From the human T2T-CHM13v2.0 reference genome, Homo sapiens, in assembly GCF_009914755.1 (NCBI RefSeq), contig NC_060927.1: a stretch of DNA of 64,000 nucleotides, one strand, 5' to 3'. The notes under the pieces were generated by a model that was not told where the DNA came from, did no database searches, and saw only the letters and a program-made list of their open reading frames with translations. Of the stretch, positions 27,856 through 41,600 are shown in pieces (positions within the stretch are counted from its first letter, which is position 1; the number at the start of each line of letters is the position of its first letter). Made by a program: the position numbers and the translations under genes.

Positions 27856-30800
27856 CAAGCCTGAGTCTCTTTATTGCTGCACGGGGAGGGCCTTTGTTTG
27901 CTCTTGTTCTGGCAGTGGGCACCCACCTCCAGGCCGCCTGAAGGAACAAGCAGTGGGGTGGGGGTGAAGATATTCTGGCCCCACCTGCTTCTTCTAATTC
28001 TCCTTGGTGCCAACCAGCCTCACAGCAAACCATGGCCGATGCTGGTGCACTCACACCATATGGGATGCTTTTACTGTACAGGCATGTTCCATAGGAGGGG
28101 AACAGTACACTCATTTATGGGATGACTTTGAATGAAGATGTGCATATATGTCAGGGCAAAAAACAAAAAAGAAGAGAGCTAGACTCTAAATCACACAGAG
28201 GGTTGTTAAAAACCCTGCACATTTACTAGCTGGTGTGATGAGCCCTGAGTGTGCAGAGCATGAGTCTCTCAGCCTGTAGGACTCCCACAGCTGGTTGTGC
28301 CTGGGATGAGTTAGGGAAGTTTGATGTCACAGCATGAAATGCCATCACCGTGTACCAGGAAAACATTACTCATTCCCTCGTTCATCCCATTCCAATCCTC
28401 TGAGTACTTAAGAGAGAGACTCACTCAGGTGCTGACCCATTTTAAGCACCTCTCAGGCACTAGCTCACCACCACTTTCAGGACGGGGTGGCTCAGGGCTC
28501 TTGAGTGTACCCCAGTGCAGAGCTGCAATACACTGTCGCCTTGTTTTCTCCTTGTGGTCACCTATTTACAGCCCCTGACACTGGTTTCTACTTCTTGTGT
28601 TACAATAAAATTTCCTCTTAAAATAGATTTAAAGTAAAAAAGAAAGTTGATTTTAAAAAAACTATGAAGAAATAATATGAAATTTAAATAGCCGCTATGA
28701 AAATCACAAAGGTGGCGTGTAAACAATCAAGGTTTGGGAAAAGCTGATCTGGAGCCATTTAGCAGGAATTACCACCCGGAATGCAAGATGGCTAGTTAGG
28801 AGGTAACATCAATGGGAGGAGGATGGGGCCGCAGAGCCAGAAAGCAGTGTCGCCCAGGAGGCCGGCAGTGAGCAGAGGGTTGCAGGGCCACGGGGCGGAC
28901 CAGACCCGGCTCAAATGTCACGTCTGCTTAAAGCCATCCTGGCCACATGGCAGAGACCACTGATCGCTTCTGCTCACTTGTCCCCCATCCCACAGTGACT
29001 CCCTGAGTAGGACTCCCCACTCCTGCCATGGCCACCTACAGGGGAATGAGTGAGCCTAAGTCCCCTGGGCCTCAGTTTCCCCATGGTAGAGCCCACAGGT
29101 CAAACTATAATAGATCATCTTTAGGGTGCTTTCCAACTCCTCAGAGTCTGTGCACATCAACGTTAATTGTCCTGGAGTGGTCAGTAGTCACATCTTTCTA
29201 CTTCAGTTTCTTAAGGTTCTATAATGAACATGTTTCCCCAAAACACAGAGCCAGTTTTATTGACAATAACCAAATAAAATAACCTAAGATGAGCAAGTAG
29301 AAGAAGAGCCTGTTCTATGAAGAAGAAATGGTAATAGTTGGGCCAGGCCTGCCACCCCAGAGAGGCACTAGGAGGAAGTGGGCCAGGGTCCACTGGGGGT
29401 CTGCAGGCACCTCGACCCCTGGAGAGGTCTCCCACCCACACCTGAAGGACAAAGGACAAGGCCACCAGCACAGGCTCTGCTGGGAACAATGCAGTGGGAG
29501 AAGCCTTTCCTCACAGAGTCCATGGGGGTCTTGGAGAGACGGCCATTCTATGGGAACACAGGGACAGTATGGAGCTCTTTTTAAAGGCTCTGCAAGAGAG
29601 AATGTTTAAAAACGGCAGCTGCCGTGTGATTGTGGACCTGGATAAAATAGGAAGCAAGAGGCAGAGATAACAGGGAGCTGTTTTAGTCAGAGAAGTGGTT
29701 TCCTGATCTTCTATAAGAATGTGCTGGGCTCCATCTTATGTAACATTCATTTTCTTTCCTGGAAGGAGAACAGCTTGAACTTTCCAAGGCTGCAGATGGC
29801 TCCAAGTTCCTCTGGGTGGTGAAATGCCAAACGGATGGCGATAAATGATCAGGAATTTATTGAGAATGCGGGAGAGGTGAGACGAGCATTGAGTGATGAA
29901 TTTAAGGAAAATGGTCACAATTTCATAGGCACAATGAGGCCTCTGCACTCCATTATGACCTGAAGGGGCATCTGCAGCCAGGCCAGCATCATCAGTGGGA
30001 GCGGGAGCTGAACACCTATGGAGGGTGAATGGGGCATGGACCACAGGCTCATACCGCAGACCTGGCATTCCTAACTGTGGGACCTCATCAGAGCCACTGA
30101 GCCTTTGTGGGCCTCAGTCTTCTCACCTGTAAAATGGGCTTATCATGCCCACCCCCCACTAGGGTTGTTGTGAGGGTTACGTAGCATCTGTACACACAGC
30201 TGAGTTACAGGCATGGTTCTGCAATATTTTACGAGGCATAGCTAGGTGCTGGAATTTCAATGGTGCTTTTAAAGCAAACAGACTTGGGTTCAAATCCTGG
30301 CCCTGCCACTTAATAGCATGTAGCTGACACTGTCTATGGCAATAAAATAGCAAGAATGAGGCCAGGCATCTCATGGGTGCTGTGAGAGTCAGGGAGGTAA
30401 AGCCAGAGAAGTATCTAGCAACGTGTCAGACAAAGGTTTGGGCCTTCCAAAGAGATTCGTTTCCTGCCCCTTTCCAAAGGTGATACAAGCATAAATAAAA
30501 AGTGGTTACAAAAGAATTTTAAGAAACTCATGTATTCAAGGAATACATGCCTCCCTGCAGCCCTCTGAGGTTAAGCCATGGAGATCAGCAGGCTGTCTCC
30601 CCAATTCTTGGCTGGGGCCTCAGTGGAGATAGAGCCTGACAATGCCCATCTTTGTTCTGGTGCATAGAATTCTAAATGCACTGAATGGCCAGGTGGGGCA
30701 TGAGCATGGGACTGTGAGGGTCCTCTCCTCTGGGAAGCCCTCTAGCTTCTCCAGGCAAATCACCCGGTCTAGACTCCAGACCCTGGCACATGCACTAGTG

Positions 30801-30944
30801 GCTTGCCTGCCTGCCGTTCTCCTTGGGCTGTGAGCCCTTGGAAGGCAGGGACCATGGGGTCTTAATGATTTCTCTGTCACCCAAGATCCAGCACAAGGCC
30901 TGCCATAGAGTTTGTGCTCAGTAAATATTTACTGAATGACACTG

Positions 30945-31320
30945 ACGGATGTATGGATAAGTAAATGTGTGGATGGGTGGATGAATGAATAAATGGATGG
31001 ATGGGTGGATTGGTGAATGGATGGGTGGAAGGGTGGATGAATGGGTGGCTGGGTGGATGTATGGGGTGGGTGGATGGATGAACGAATGAATGGATGGATG
31101 GATGGATGGATGGACGGATGGACTGAAGGATAAATGAATGTATGGATAGGTAGATGGTAGGTGGATGGATGAGTGGGTGTGTGAGTAGATGTATGGGTGG
31201 GTGGATAGATGGAAGGATGAATGGATGTATGGATGGGTAGATGGGTAAATGGATGAATGGGTGAGTTGGTGGATGGATGGGTGAATGAATGAATGGATGG
31301 CTGGATAAATAGGTAGATAG
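30945..31320. repeat. (GGAT/GGGT/GAAT)n compound tetranucleotide repeat following an L2 3' end
   Basis: About 375 nt of ggatggatgggt repeats, preceded by L2-like gtgctcagtaaatatttactgaatga. Confidence 0.92.
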
Positions 31321-31461
31321 GGCCAGGCGCGGTGGCTCACACCTGTAATCCCAGCACTTTGGGAGGCCGAGGCGGGTGGATCACCTGAGCTCAGGAGTTC
31401 GAGACCAGCCTGGCTAACATGATGAAATCCCATCTCTACTAAAAATACAAAAATTAGCCAG
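31321..31461 (+). mobile_element. Alu left arm only, 3' truncated
   Basis: ggccaggcgcggtggctcac...aaaattagccag, then an abrupt switch to L1 sequence. Confidence 0.9.
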
Positions 31462-32135
31462 ATTCAGTTTGCTAGTATTTGTTAAGTATTTTTGCATCTC
31501 TATTCATAAGAAATACTGACCTTTAGTTTTCTTTTCTTGTGATGTCTTTGTTTACTTTTATTATCTGGGTAATAATGACCACTTAGAATAAGTTGGGAAG
31601 TGTTTTCCTCTATTTTTTGGAAAGGTTTGTGAGAATTGGTATTAATTCTTTTTACATGTTTGGTAGATTTCAACAGCAAAACCATCTGGGCCTGGGTTTT
31701 TCTTTGTTGGTAGTTTTTTTAGTTTTGGTTTTGTTTTGCTTACCAATTCAATGTCTTTACTTGTTTTAAGTCTAAGTTTGGGTCTTTCTTAAAATTTGTT
31801 CATTTCATTTATGTTATCAAATTTATTAGCACACAATTGTTTATAGTATTTCTTTATAACCCTTTTTATTTTAGAAAATTTGGTAGTAACATCACCTCTT
31901 CCATTCCTGATTGTAGTAATTCAAGTCTTCTCTCTTTTTTTCTTGATGAATCTAGCTGAAGATTTATCAATTTTATTGGTATTTTCAAATAACCAACTTT
32001 TGGATTTATTTCCTCTATTGTTTTCCTATTCTTTATTTCACTAATTTCTGCTCTGATCTTTATGATTTTCTTCCTTCTGCTTGCTTTAGGCTTAACTTGC
32101 TCTTCTTTTTTCAGTGTATTAAGGTGAAAAGATAT
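31462..32135 (-). mobile_element. L1M ORF2 fragments
   Basis: Minus-strand translation KEEQVKPKASRRKKIIKIRAEISEIKNRKTIEEIN is L1 ORF2p-like but frameshifted. Confidence 0.9.
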
Positions 32136-32325
32136 TTGCATTTTAAAAGATAATTTTATTAAGTGAATCTCTGGTTGGTAACTCTGTCAGTGATGAGAAG
32201 AGAGAAGGGAGGTCTCTTGGCCACTAAAGACATAGTCATACAAGAACAGGGGCAGGAACTCAGAACTTCATTTTATGATGTTTTCTGACCCCTACTCTGG
32301 CTAATTTAGACATGCTGTGAAAAGT

Positions 32326-32634
32326 CTTTTTTTTTTTTTTTTTTTTTTTTTTTTGAGATGGAGTCTCGCTCTGTTGCCCAGGCTGGAGTGCAGTGGCGTA
32401 ATCTCGGCTCACTGCAAGCTCCGCCTCCTGGGTTCACGCCATTCTCCTGCCTCAGCCTCCTGAGTAGCTGGGACTACAGGTGCCCACCACCATACCCAGC
32501 TAATTTTTTGTATTTTAGTAGGGATGCGATTTCACCATGTTAGTCAGGATGGTCTCGATCTCCTGACCTCGTGATCCACCCGCCTCGGCCTCCCAAAGTG
32601 CTGAGATTACAGGCGTGAGCCACCATGCCTGGAC
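32326..32634 (-). mobile_element. Alu (AluY/Sc-like)
   Basis: T30 tail, gcaagctccgcctcctgggttcacgccattc diagnostic segment, TSD gaaaa(g/c)tctttt. Confidence 0.93.
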
Positions 32635-32744
32635 GAAAACTCTTTTTTTCTCTGCTCCAGAGTCTAGCTTTCTTATCAAAAATTTTGTCTACAACCTCCA
32701 ACATGACCATAGCCCCCAATGTGACCATTTCCAGATCTATGATG

Positions 32745-33230
32745 ATTCTTTCAGTTGTGACAGAAAGTGATTCCCATGCTTATTGGTTTATGTGATTGTT
32801 AGGCTCAGTACTGTTAGGTTTGATTCAAGGGGTCTGGCAACATGACCAGGAACTGGTTTCTCTTTCAACACTTCTTAGCTTTGCTTTCTTAAGGTAGATT
32901 CCATTCTTGGTCAGACTTCCCCCTTGCAGTCTTAAAATGGTTGCCAGAGTGCCCAGGGTTCACACTTCTAGAGTCAACTTCAGAGGAGAAAAGTGACAGT
33001 TTCCTTCCCAAAAGTCCCAGGGGAAGTCTTATTGATCACTGACTTGCACTGGGTACTTGCCCATCCCTGAACCAATCACTGTAGCTGGGGAGAATGTAAA
33101 ATGATGATAGGCTAAACTTGTTGCAAGATCAACCTCTCACCAGGGTGGAGTCAACACCAACAGAAACACATGGGCTGAAAGTAGAGGAGAGATGCCTCTT
33201 AAATTTAAGGCACTGTGGGTGGAAGAAGGA
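32745..33230. mobile_element. Old MaLR LTR (MLT1K-like)
   Basis: gcccatccctgaaccaatcactgtagctgggg hallmark. Confidence 0.55.
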
Positions 33231-33918
33231 AATGGATACTGGGGAGGCAACCAACCAATGCCTACTCAGGCTCCAAGCTCATCTCCCACTATTCTCCAAC
33301 ATCAGCCTCTCTTCTCCTGCTCATTCCTGCCTCCAGTGCCTCTACTTAGTCTGGACATGTGCCTAGGATTCCTTTCCTCCTTCTCATTCATGCTCCTCCA
33401 TATCTGTCTTGGGCCATTTTTAGACTCAGTTCAAGCATCAGCAGCCCAAACACTCACCACCATTTGGATCTTCCATCATTTGGATCCATCTGGCTGAAAG
33501 AATCAGAACATACCTGGTGGTTGAGACACATCGGTGTGGATTTTTGTATTATCAAGGTATATTTATAGGCAGATCCAAGGTTGGCTCAGCTGTTCCATCA
33601 AGGACCCAGATTTTCCCAGCTTTCTTCATCACTCTCTGTTAGCATGTTAGCCTTGCCATCTCATGACTACAAGATGGCTACTGTAGCTGCAAGCACTATG
33701 CCCACAAAGGCAGAATGTAGGGAGTGAGGGGAATTGGGGCAGAGAGAGAGATCAATCTTCTCATCTTGCTCTCTCTTACCTTTTATCATGGAGCTAATAT
33801 CCTCCAGAAACGTCTTCTGTGTCTCATTAGCCATCACCAAGTCCTATAGCCAGCTCTAGCTGCAATGCCACTGGGAGAGGAGAATGGGAGAGCCATGTCT
33901 GATTAAGACCAATCATGA

Positions 33919-34224
33919 GGCCAGGTGTGGTGGCTCACACCTGGAATACCAGCACTTTTGGAGGCTGAGGAGATAGGATCATTTGAGCCTGGGAATTTGT
34001 GACATGCCTGGGCAACATAGTGAGATCCTGTGTCTGCAAAAAATTTAAAAATTGTCTGGGTATGGTGGCAAGTGCCTGTAGTCCCAGGTACTCAGGAGGC
34101 TGAGGTGGGAGGATCACCTGAGCCCAGGAGTTGGAGACTGCAGTGAGCTATGATTGAGCCAACACACTCTAGCCTGGGTGACAGAGCAAAGCCCTGTCTC
34201 TTAAAACAACAATAAAAAAAAAAA
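33919..34224 (+). mobile_element. Alu (AluJ-like) within an old MLT1 relic
   Basis: Alu dimer with TSD-like aagaccaatcatga / aagactaatga. Confidence 0.92.
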
Positions 34225-34704
34225 AGACTAATGAGTGATATCCCTGAGGACAAAAATCAGCAAGAAAGAAGTGAGGATGGCCACAGTTCTCTGCACAGTA
34301 CCCTTACTCTGCAATGACAGAGTTCATTCCTGGCATGCTCCCATGATGTGCTGGCTCTGCCCTTGAGCCAGGTGGCCTGTGGGGCTTGCTGAGACTAGAT
34401 GGTCTTGGACAAAAGACATCAAGGCAAAGGATAAACCAACAGCAACTTCATGCAGGCTGGGGCATCCACCACGGAACCACAGAGAAGTACGGATGTGAAA
34501 GGGTGAGATCCTTGTCCAATTCTAGACATTTAGCCACATAAAACCTTTGCAGGAATTTCTCTGTTGCTCTGAATGGACTAGACTGTAAACAATTACCAAC
34601 CCACATGGCCCCTGACTCTATCATGGTTCCCAGCACAGCCTATACAATGAAGCCCAAATTCCTTAGCAAGTCAAAATGGTCATTGCCAACTGAACTGAGT
34701 GCAC

Positions 34705-34900
34705 AAAGGAAAGGCCACACGAGGACACAGAAAGAAGGTTGGTATCTGTGAGCCAAAGAGAGAGGCTTCAGGAGAAATCAACCCTGTTGACGCCTTGATC
34801 TTGGACTTCTAGGCTCCAAAACTGCAAGAAAATTAATTTCTGTTGTTGAAGACCCCCAGTCTGTGGTATTTTGTTATAGTGGTCCCAGCAGAGTAGACAA
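34705..34900. mobile_element. MLT1A-C-like LTR fragment
   Basis: ccttgatcttggacttctaggctccaaaactg...aatttctgttg...cagtctgtggtattttgttatag. Confidence 0.8.
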
Positions 34901-36089
34901 CAGCCATTCCAATGCAGGCTCCTGAGCCAGCCATTCCAAACTTACATTCTGCCATGCACTTCGGACTCCAGTTTCCAAATAATCCTTGTTATTTTCAGAG
35001 CACACTGTATCCTCTCTCACTTCCATGCCTGTGAGAGTGTGATTCCCTTCGGCCCAGAATGTCCCTTTCTACCTTCAAGATCCAGCTGAAAGTCACCAAA
35101 CGTCCCTCTGAAATCCCAACACAGAATCCACAGCCTTCACAAGACAACATCCATGGTGTATGGCACTGCCTCCCTGACAAATGCATGGAGATGCCTTCAA
35201 AGGCAGGAGCAGGGCAACTTCATTTCTTTATCTCCAAACTGGAATGAGACCTGGCATACACGAGGTGTTCAGCAAGAGCTAGTGCCATGGAGAGGTCAGA
35301 AGTGAAAGGGGCCACGTCTCCATGCTGTTTGTGGACCCTCCTTTGCTGTCCAGCACAGTACTGAGTTTACATCTGGAGCTCAATTAATACCTGTTGAACC
35401 ATTCCCCCACCCAATCAAAAAAGGAAGCAAACCCTCCAGATTCTGACATCCACAGCAACTTCTGTGCTAAAATGGAAAACACCTGCCATACTGTAACTCC
35501 CACTCGTAGATGCATTTCACACAGAGTTTTACAGCAAAGCTAACCAAACTGGTGAAAGTACAGCCATCCAGTATCTCAAGGGGTAACCTGCAGGGAATAT
35601 TCTTCTTCTAGGTGTCACTAACTCCTTCGGTGATACTTCTGGATTTAGGTGCTCCTTTCCTGCACAAAAGGTTAATGCCTTGAAGCCATACTCAACAGAA
35701 ATGCTTATATTCTTTTCCTGCAAAACTGTGGCAGTAGAGACTTCAGGAATCATCCTCTCTCAGTCATCCCACTGTAAATATGAGGAACTTGAATCATCCA
35801 TGCAACAAACGTGTTTTGATCCCTTATTTTGTGCCAGGTATGAAACTCTACAAGAGGCATGTGTTGGAGAAGATAGAAAAAAGCTAAACATGAATTCTGC
35901 CCTGGAGAAGCTCATAGGTTGTTCTACTCTTGCAAGATGCAAACTATCCCAGAGTTATAGCAAAAGAAAAAACTTCTGGGAACTTGCTGGAGAGTCTAGA
36001 GCTGGTACCTTGTCTAAAGTTACTCAGAGGCAGAGGTAGTAATAAGACTTCAACCCTCGTCCCAACTATTAATACAAATATATTTTCCC

Positions 36090-36545
36090 CCATGCAACAG
36101 ATTTCAAAAATGACCACAAAATATTCTCTCCTCCATCCTTGCTCCTTGGACATGCCTTCACATACTGCCTCTGGGCTGGCCTCCTGATGTGCTTTGGCCA
36201 GTGGGACATTCACAAACATGATACAGGAGAGACTTCAAAAGCACTTGCATACTGGCATCTGTTCTCATTGCTCTTGAAAAACTGCCACCTTAATAACAGA
36301 TCCAGGCCAGTCTGAGAAAGCATGATAAACCACATGGACAAGAACTGAGGTGATCCCACCAACAGCCTGCCAACACCAGATGTGGTAAAGCCATCCAAGA
36401 CTGGCAAGCCTCTAGCTGGCCTGCCAGTGCCTGCTGATCCACAACTGACCATTGATACATGCAGGAGCCCAGCTGGGAGCAACAGAAGACCCATCCAGCT
36501 GAGCCCAGCACTAATTGCGAACCCACAGAATCATGGGCTGAGTAA
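36090..36545. mobile_element. MaLR LTR (MLT1F/G/H-like)
   Basis: tgctttggccagtggga...cagaagacccatccagctgagcccagc...acccacagaatcatg. Confidence 0.65.
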
Positions 36546-38489
36546 CAGCAATAGATTCCTAACATACCCCAGACTATCCTGCCCACTCTGGATCTAGCAC
36601 ATGGCCCTTGTAGTAACAGTCTCACTCTCTGCAGCAGAAACATTTCTACCAACCATGATAACGTAATCAGGACGAAAGGAAAAACATATGCCAAAGACTG
36701 GAATACCTTAAGACATGGACCACTGAAAATTGACTGGATGCTCTAAGGAAGGCTTATTTAAGTTGACTTCCAGCTATAATAGCTAAGGGTTGTTTGGTTC
36801 TCCTTCCAGTCAAGAGTTATGCCACAAATCCTGTACTGCATTCCACATAAAAGAAAAGTGTTGAGCTACCCTTATTATGTGTTATCTCAAAAAGAAGTTC
36901 ACACCAAAGGCTGGCTTCCTTGTGGCTTTCTTGTTTTGTTTACTTTTAAAAGAAGCACCCAGCAACTGCAGAAGTTTATCAGGGAGCCTGAAATCTCCTT
37001 GACATGGAACTGAGTTTCATTTGAAGAAACAAAAAAGTTAAGAAAAAAAAGGTGAGTAACCTGAGGCCTGGGGAAAGCCTGTGGCCTGGTGTGGTGAGGG
37101 CAGCAGTCAGGCTGGAATCTGTCAAAAGCATGATTGCTTTCATACTGGGTCCTCTGTGACTGGCGCTTGCCATGAGGGTGGAGGGAAGTAAGGGGTAACG
37201 GTGGGCAATCAACAAGCCTGGCACAGGTCCGCAGAGTCCCCAGAACGATGGTGCAGGGAGATGAAGCGGACAAAGGAATCAAGAGAGTTCACGTTGACCC
37301 CTCAGGGAGCCCACATTTCTCTCTTACCTGCACCAGCCATGTGGGAAAGGTGCTATTAGTCCTCATTTTAAAGATGAGAAAACTGCTGCAGTGATGGGTC
37401 AGTAGCGTCTCTGGAGGCCCATACCTGGCTGGTGTTGATCGGGGTGTGGTCCTGGCAGTCCTGTCCCAGGACCTCTGCTCTTCTGCATGCACCATTGGCT
37501 TTTGCTGTTCAGAGAGGCTATGTTTCCCTGAAACACGTCTCTTCAAGATTGACGGAAGAGGATAAACAGAGGGGAACTTCTAAAACGTCTAAAGACAGCA
37601 ATTTCCTAACTAAAGGTTTTTAATCTCTAATCCAGTAGACTGTCAATGACCTGGGAAAATTGACATGCCTTGACAAGGAGACATTAACCAGAGGCTGTAT
37701 GTGGCCGCCTGTGCAGTTTTTTTGTGCCCTTCCATCTCTTTCCCTTTTCATTCTTTTTTCCCCTGCTTCCCTCCTTTTTGTTTGGGGCCCCCTCATAAGA
37801 GTCTGCCACTTTCTTCCGACTCTTGTTCTCCCAGAGGCCTCCTGGGCTCCTGTTCCTCCCACAGTTTCTCCCCTCCTCCCACCTATCTCCTGGCTGCTCT
37901 AAGTAGGTCTCTGGCCATCTCTTCTGAGGTCCATCTGCACTTATTAGCAGCCTCGGCGGGCATCACTTAGGTGCCCACATACTTCTAACCACTGTCAACA
38001 GACCCAGCAAAATGGAGGCTGGCCAAATGGCTTCCCATGGGAGACAGGGGTCTGGTACCTCTCCAAGCCCTGCTCCAAACCGGACATTTGCTGGGGAGGG
38101 CTAACTTGTAGTTTAAATTGATCAGAAGAAGGCATAAGGGAAACTTCTGGATGAAAAGCCTGAAGCAGAAGCAACGTGTGATCAGGAGGCTGCCCTGCAG
38201 CCCTGAGCCAGTCCTGTGGCAGCCTGAGAAACTCCTTTCATCCCCTGGGCCTCAGTCTTTCCATCTATGAAATGATGAGGGTGACACAGGACTCCCGGGT
38301 CATTGACCCCCATTTTGAGAGTCTGGTGGAGCCTATGATCCATCTTCCTTTCCTAGAAAAGTGTACATACCCCTTTGATGTCAAAAGCCCCACACTCTAA
38401 CCCCCAAAAACTATCCATGAACCTCCTGCAAGTCCCCAAGGTCAGGGACAGGTGCTGATCTCTAAAGATACCTTACTGCTCAGTCTGTT

Positions 38490-38646
38490 GTTTTCCTCCT
38501 CTTCATTCTCTCCTCTATCCTTCCTCCTCCTTATTTTTCCCCTTCCCCTCTTCTCTTCTTCCTTTCTTCTCTCCCTCCTTCCTTCCTTCCTTCTTTCCTT
38601 CCTTCCTTTCCTCCCTGCCTCCCTCCCACTCTCCCTTCCTCTCTTC
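38490..38646. repeat. Polypyrimidine (CT/CCTT)n tract
   Basis: About 155 nt nearly free of purines. Confidence 0.9.
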
Positions 38647-41600
38647 AGAATGTTGCTAGAGCTGTGACTCCCTGGAAGGTGAGGCATACCTTCTCATCAC
38701 CATATACAAGAGACTTTGCGGAACATCAAGCATGGGAATAAATGGTCAGCATTAGCCCGGGAGAGAGGCATGTTAGCAGATGGACACAAAGGTCAACTTG
38801 GGGCAGCTGCAAGTGTAGGAACACACAACACACAGCTCTTCTTATAGCCCTCAAACACACAGAGAACAATGTCACCCCGTTTCACTCGCTGACCACCGCA
38901 GCATCCCCACCCCCATCCCCTAATGAACAAGGCTGTGTGAAATGAAAAGAAACTCCTACCAACAAGAATCTTGGATGACCCTGCAATATGGGACAAGGGT
39001 CATCTTGTCATCTCAGCTGTAAAAATTTGCACCAGTAAAGACCATTTCCTCCGTGTATACAATGACCAATAGTTTGGTTTGCATTCATGGACAAAGTGCA
39101 TCTGGGATTAAGATCTAAACCTAAAAGGTGCCAATAAATAGACAATGGTGGACAAAGGTTGCTATTCAGGGAGCAGCTTATTCTGCTATTTTTTTTCTTC
39201 GACTCTACTGCAAAACAAAGCCAGATTTGTATCAGCAGAACATTCTTACAGCAACTGGAAGAAATTATCCCTTAAAGAAGCTGTTGGAAAACTCAACTGC
39301 AAGAATAGCAGCTGGCCTTGCCTCTTGCCATCAAAAGATCTTTGCTATTTGAAGAGTATTTTTAAAAAGCCCAGAAGAAATGCCCTGTTTAAAAATAAAA
39401 CAATTTGCTACGCTATCACAAAGGCAGAAGCATCAGAAGGAGAAATAACAGCTTCGTACAAGAAAAACAAACTTCTGGAAATTCTTAAAATGGACTACTT
39501 AAAAGGTGCTACTAAAATGCAATAATCTGACTAAAAATAATGTCATTGCTAGAAGATGCATGGTAGGGCCCATTTTCTCAGAGTTTAAGAGTAAATTTTA
39601 TGGAACAACAGACATATGTCAAAGGTGCTTCACTTTTTTTTCCTCCTTGTGGGGAGAGGGTGTAAGCTGATTCCTTCCTTACCTTCAGCAGAGTCACTCG
39701 TGATTCATATTGATTGATATTGTAACTGGTGACGTCTGAAATGTAATCAGTTCGTTGGCCACTGCTCCTTCTCCTCACTCCCCTCCTGGCTTATCCCATG
39801 GCTGTGTCAACAAATGACCCGCAGCTTGCGATGATCCCATGCATCCTCCTTGCCACACAGCAGCCCCACCGTGTTCCGAGCAAAGAATACATTAAAGGTG
39901 TGTGCTGTGAAGGAGAATCCCACATTCCCACACCCTCAATAACACCAGCTCCTTCTGCCATCACTCCAGAGACACCTGGGAGTCACCCTCCTTCTCCCTC
40001 TGCTGCCCATGCATCCTCAGGTACAGTCCATGTTCATCTCTCCATCTCCTGCTAACACGCGGTGCTACGTCTTTGCCATGACGCGGCCTTCTTTGCCTTG
40101 CGCCTATATTACTATGAACCTCTCCATCTAGCTGGTTATTTGGATACAAAGCTGGGGCCCCTACACCCACCCTTTGGCTCATGCTTTTGTGTTTGGGTCC
40201 TCTCCCCCACGTGCCCTTTCCGAGGGTGGAACACCATCCAGGACACAGGACAGAAGGGCAAGTAGGAGCTGCGACCCAGCCCACACTCTGCTCACCAACT
40301 CATGGGGCAGCCTCTGCCCAGTGGGCACCTCTGTCTAATTTGCACAAAGGCTCTGCGTGGCATAGCAGCAGCCCTGCCTCTAGGTCCTGGCTGCATCATA
40401 TTATAATTATCCGTGTGTTGGTCCATCCCACCCCTTCATCAGATGCATGATCTTTGCCACCCTTTCCCCACCCTGGCGCCCAAGGACCATGTAGACGTCA
40501 ATAAGGAAGTATTTGCTGAATGAATCGCTGCTTTGGATCCTGGGAGAGGAGAGCAAGGAGCCGTATGGGGTAGCCACAGAGCTGCATGCGAGGGGCGCTG
40601 AGCAGGAGCCAGGCCGTCCTCACCCCTGCAGAGACTGACAGAGTGGGGTTCAAAATGGCCACTTGAAGGGACAATAAGCTGTGTGATTTAGCTGACCCCA
40701 GGGAGCATCTGCGCTAAACCAGCTGGCTGGTGATGCGGGAACACCTAGTCGCAGGTGGCGTGAGTTCAGAAGGGCTACAGGGTTCAGCAGCTGCGGCCTG
40801 GGGAGATGGAAATTCACACTCCCTTCTACACTCAAAGATGAAAACAGGACCTGCAGAAGGTTTCCTGGAACACTGAACAAACACCCAAAGCAGGGGGTGG
40901 GGGAAAGAAAGCACTCAACAGCCGGCTGACAACCTGATTAGAAAACCTAAGGGCGGGGAAGGAAAAGCCAGTCCCACCTTTGAGGACAAAGTCTCAGGAA
41001 GGCCGTGGGGATGGAATTATGTGCAAGCAAATGGTGAAAATTGTTCACCTCCGGATGGATCCAGATGGCTGGGAGGGGCCCTTATTTCCCAGAGCCACAG
41101 GTGCCACACCCGTGTCTGGCTGGGGGCTGATGTGAGGAGGATATTACGAGGACGCAAGAAGGGGGGATGTTCTCTATCACTTAAATCTACCCAGGCCTCA
41201 GGGCATGGCCTCTCCTCCAGGTAAACTGGCATAGATGGGGGAAGTGCCCGAGGATGGCACTGCCCATTGCTGTAGACACACACAGAGAGTGAAGGCTTCA
41301 TGGAGAAAGGGGTCAACATGGGCCTAGAACGGGAGGGCTGTGATGGGGACCATCACTGAGCCCCACTCCCGGGAGCAAGGGAAGGAACTGCAGGAGGGAG
41401 GAGCCCTGTCTTATTGGTTCTAGATCCACTGAAAGCGGCCACAGTTCTGAGGACTTGGGCAGGTTCCAGAAACAATGCCAAATCTCCCTTGCTAGTCCAT
41501 CCACGGCCTGTGTTCCCCTTGCAGCACCTAGCTCCATGTCACCGACGGGAAAATCCTGAAAACCATGCAGGCTGCACCCTGGCCCCGAGGCAGCTCAGAC

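Noticed and set aside
31500-32141. L1 ORF2-like ORFs as functional genes
   Set aside because: Short, frameshifted fragments of an old L1.
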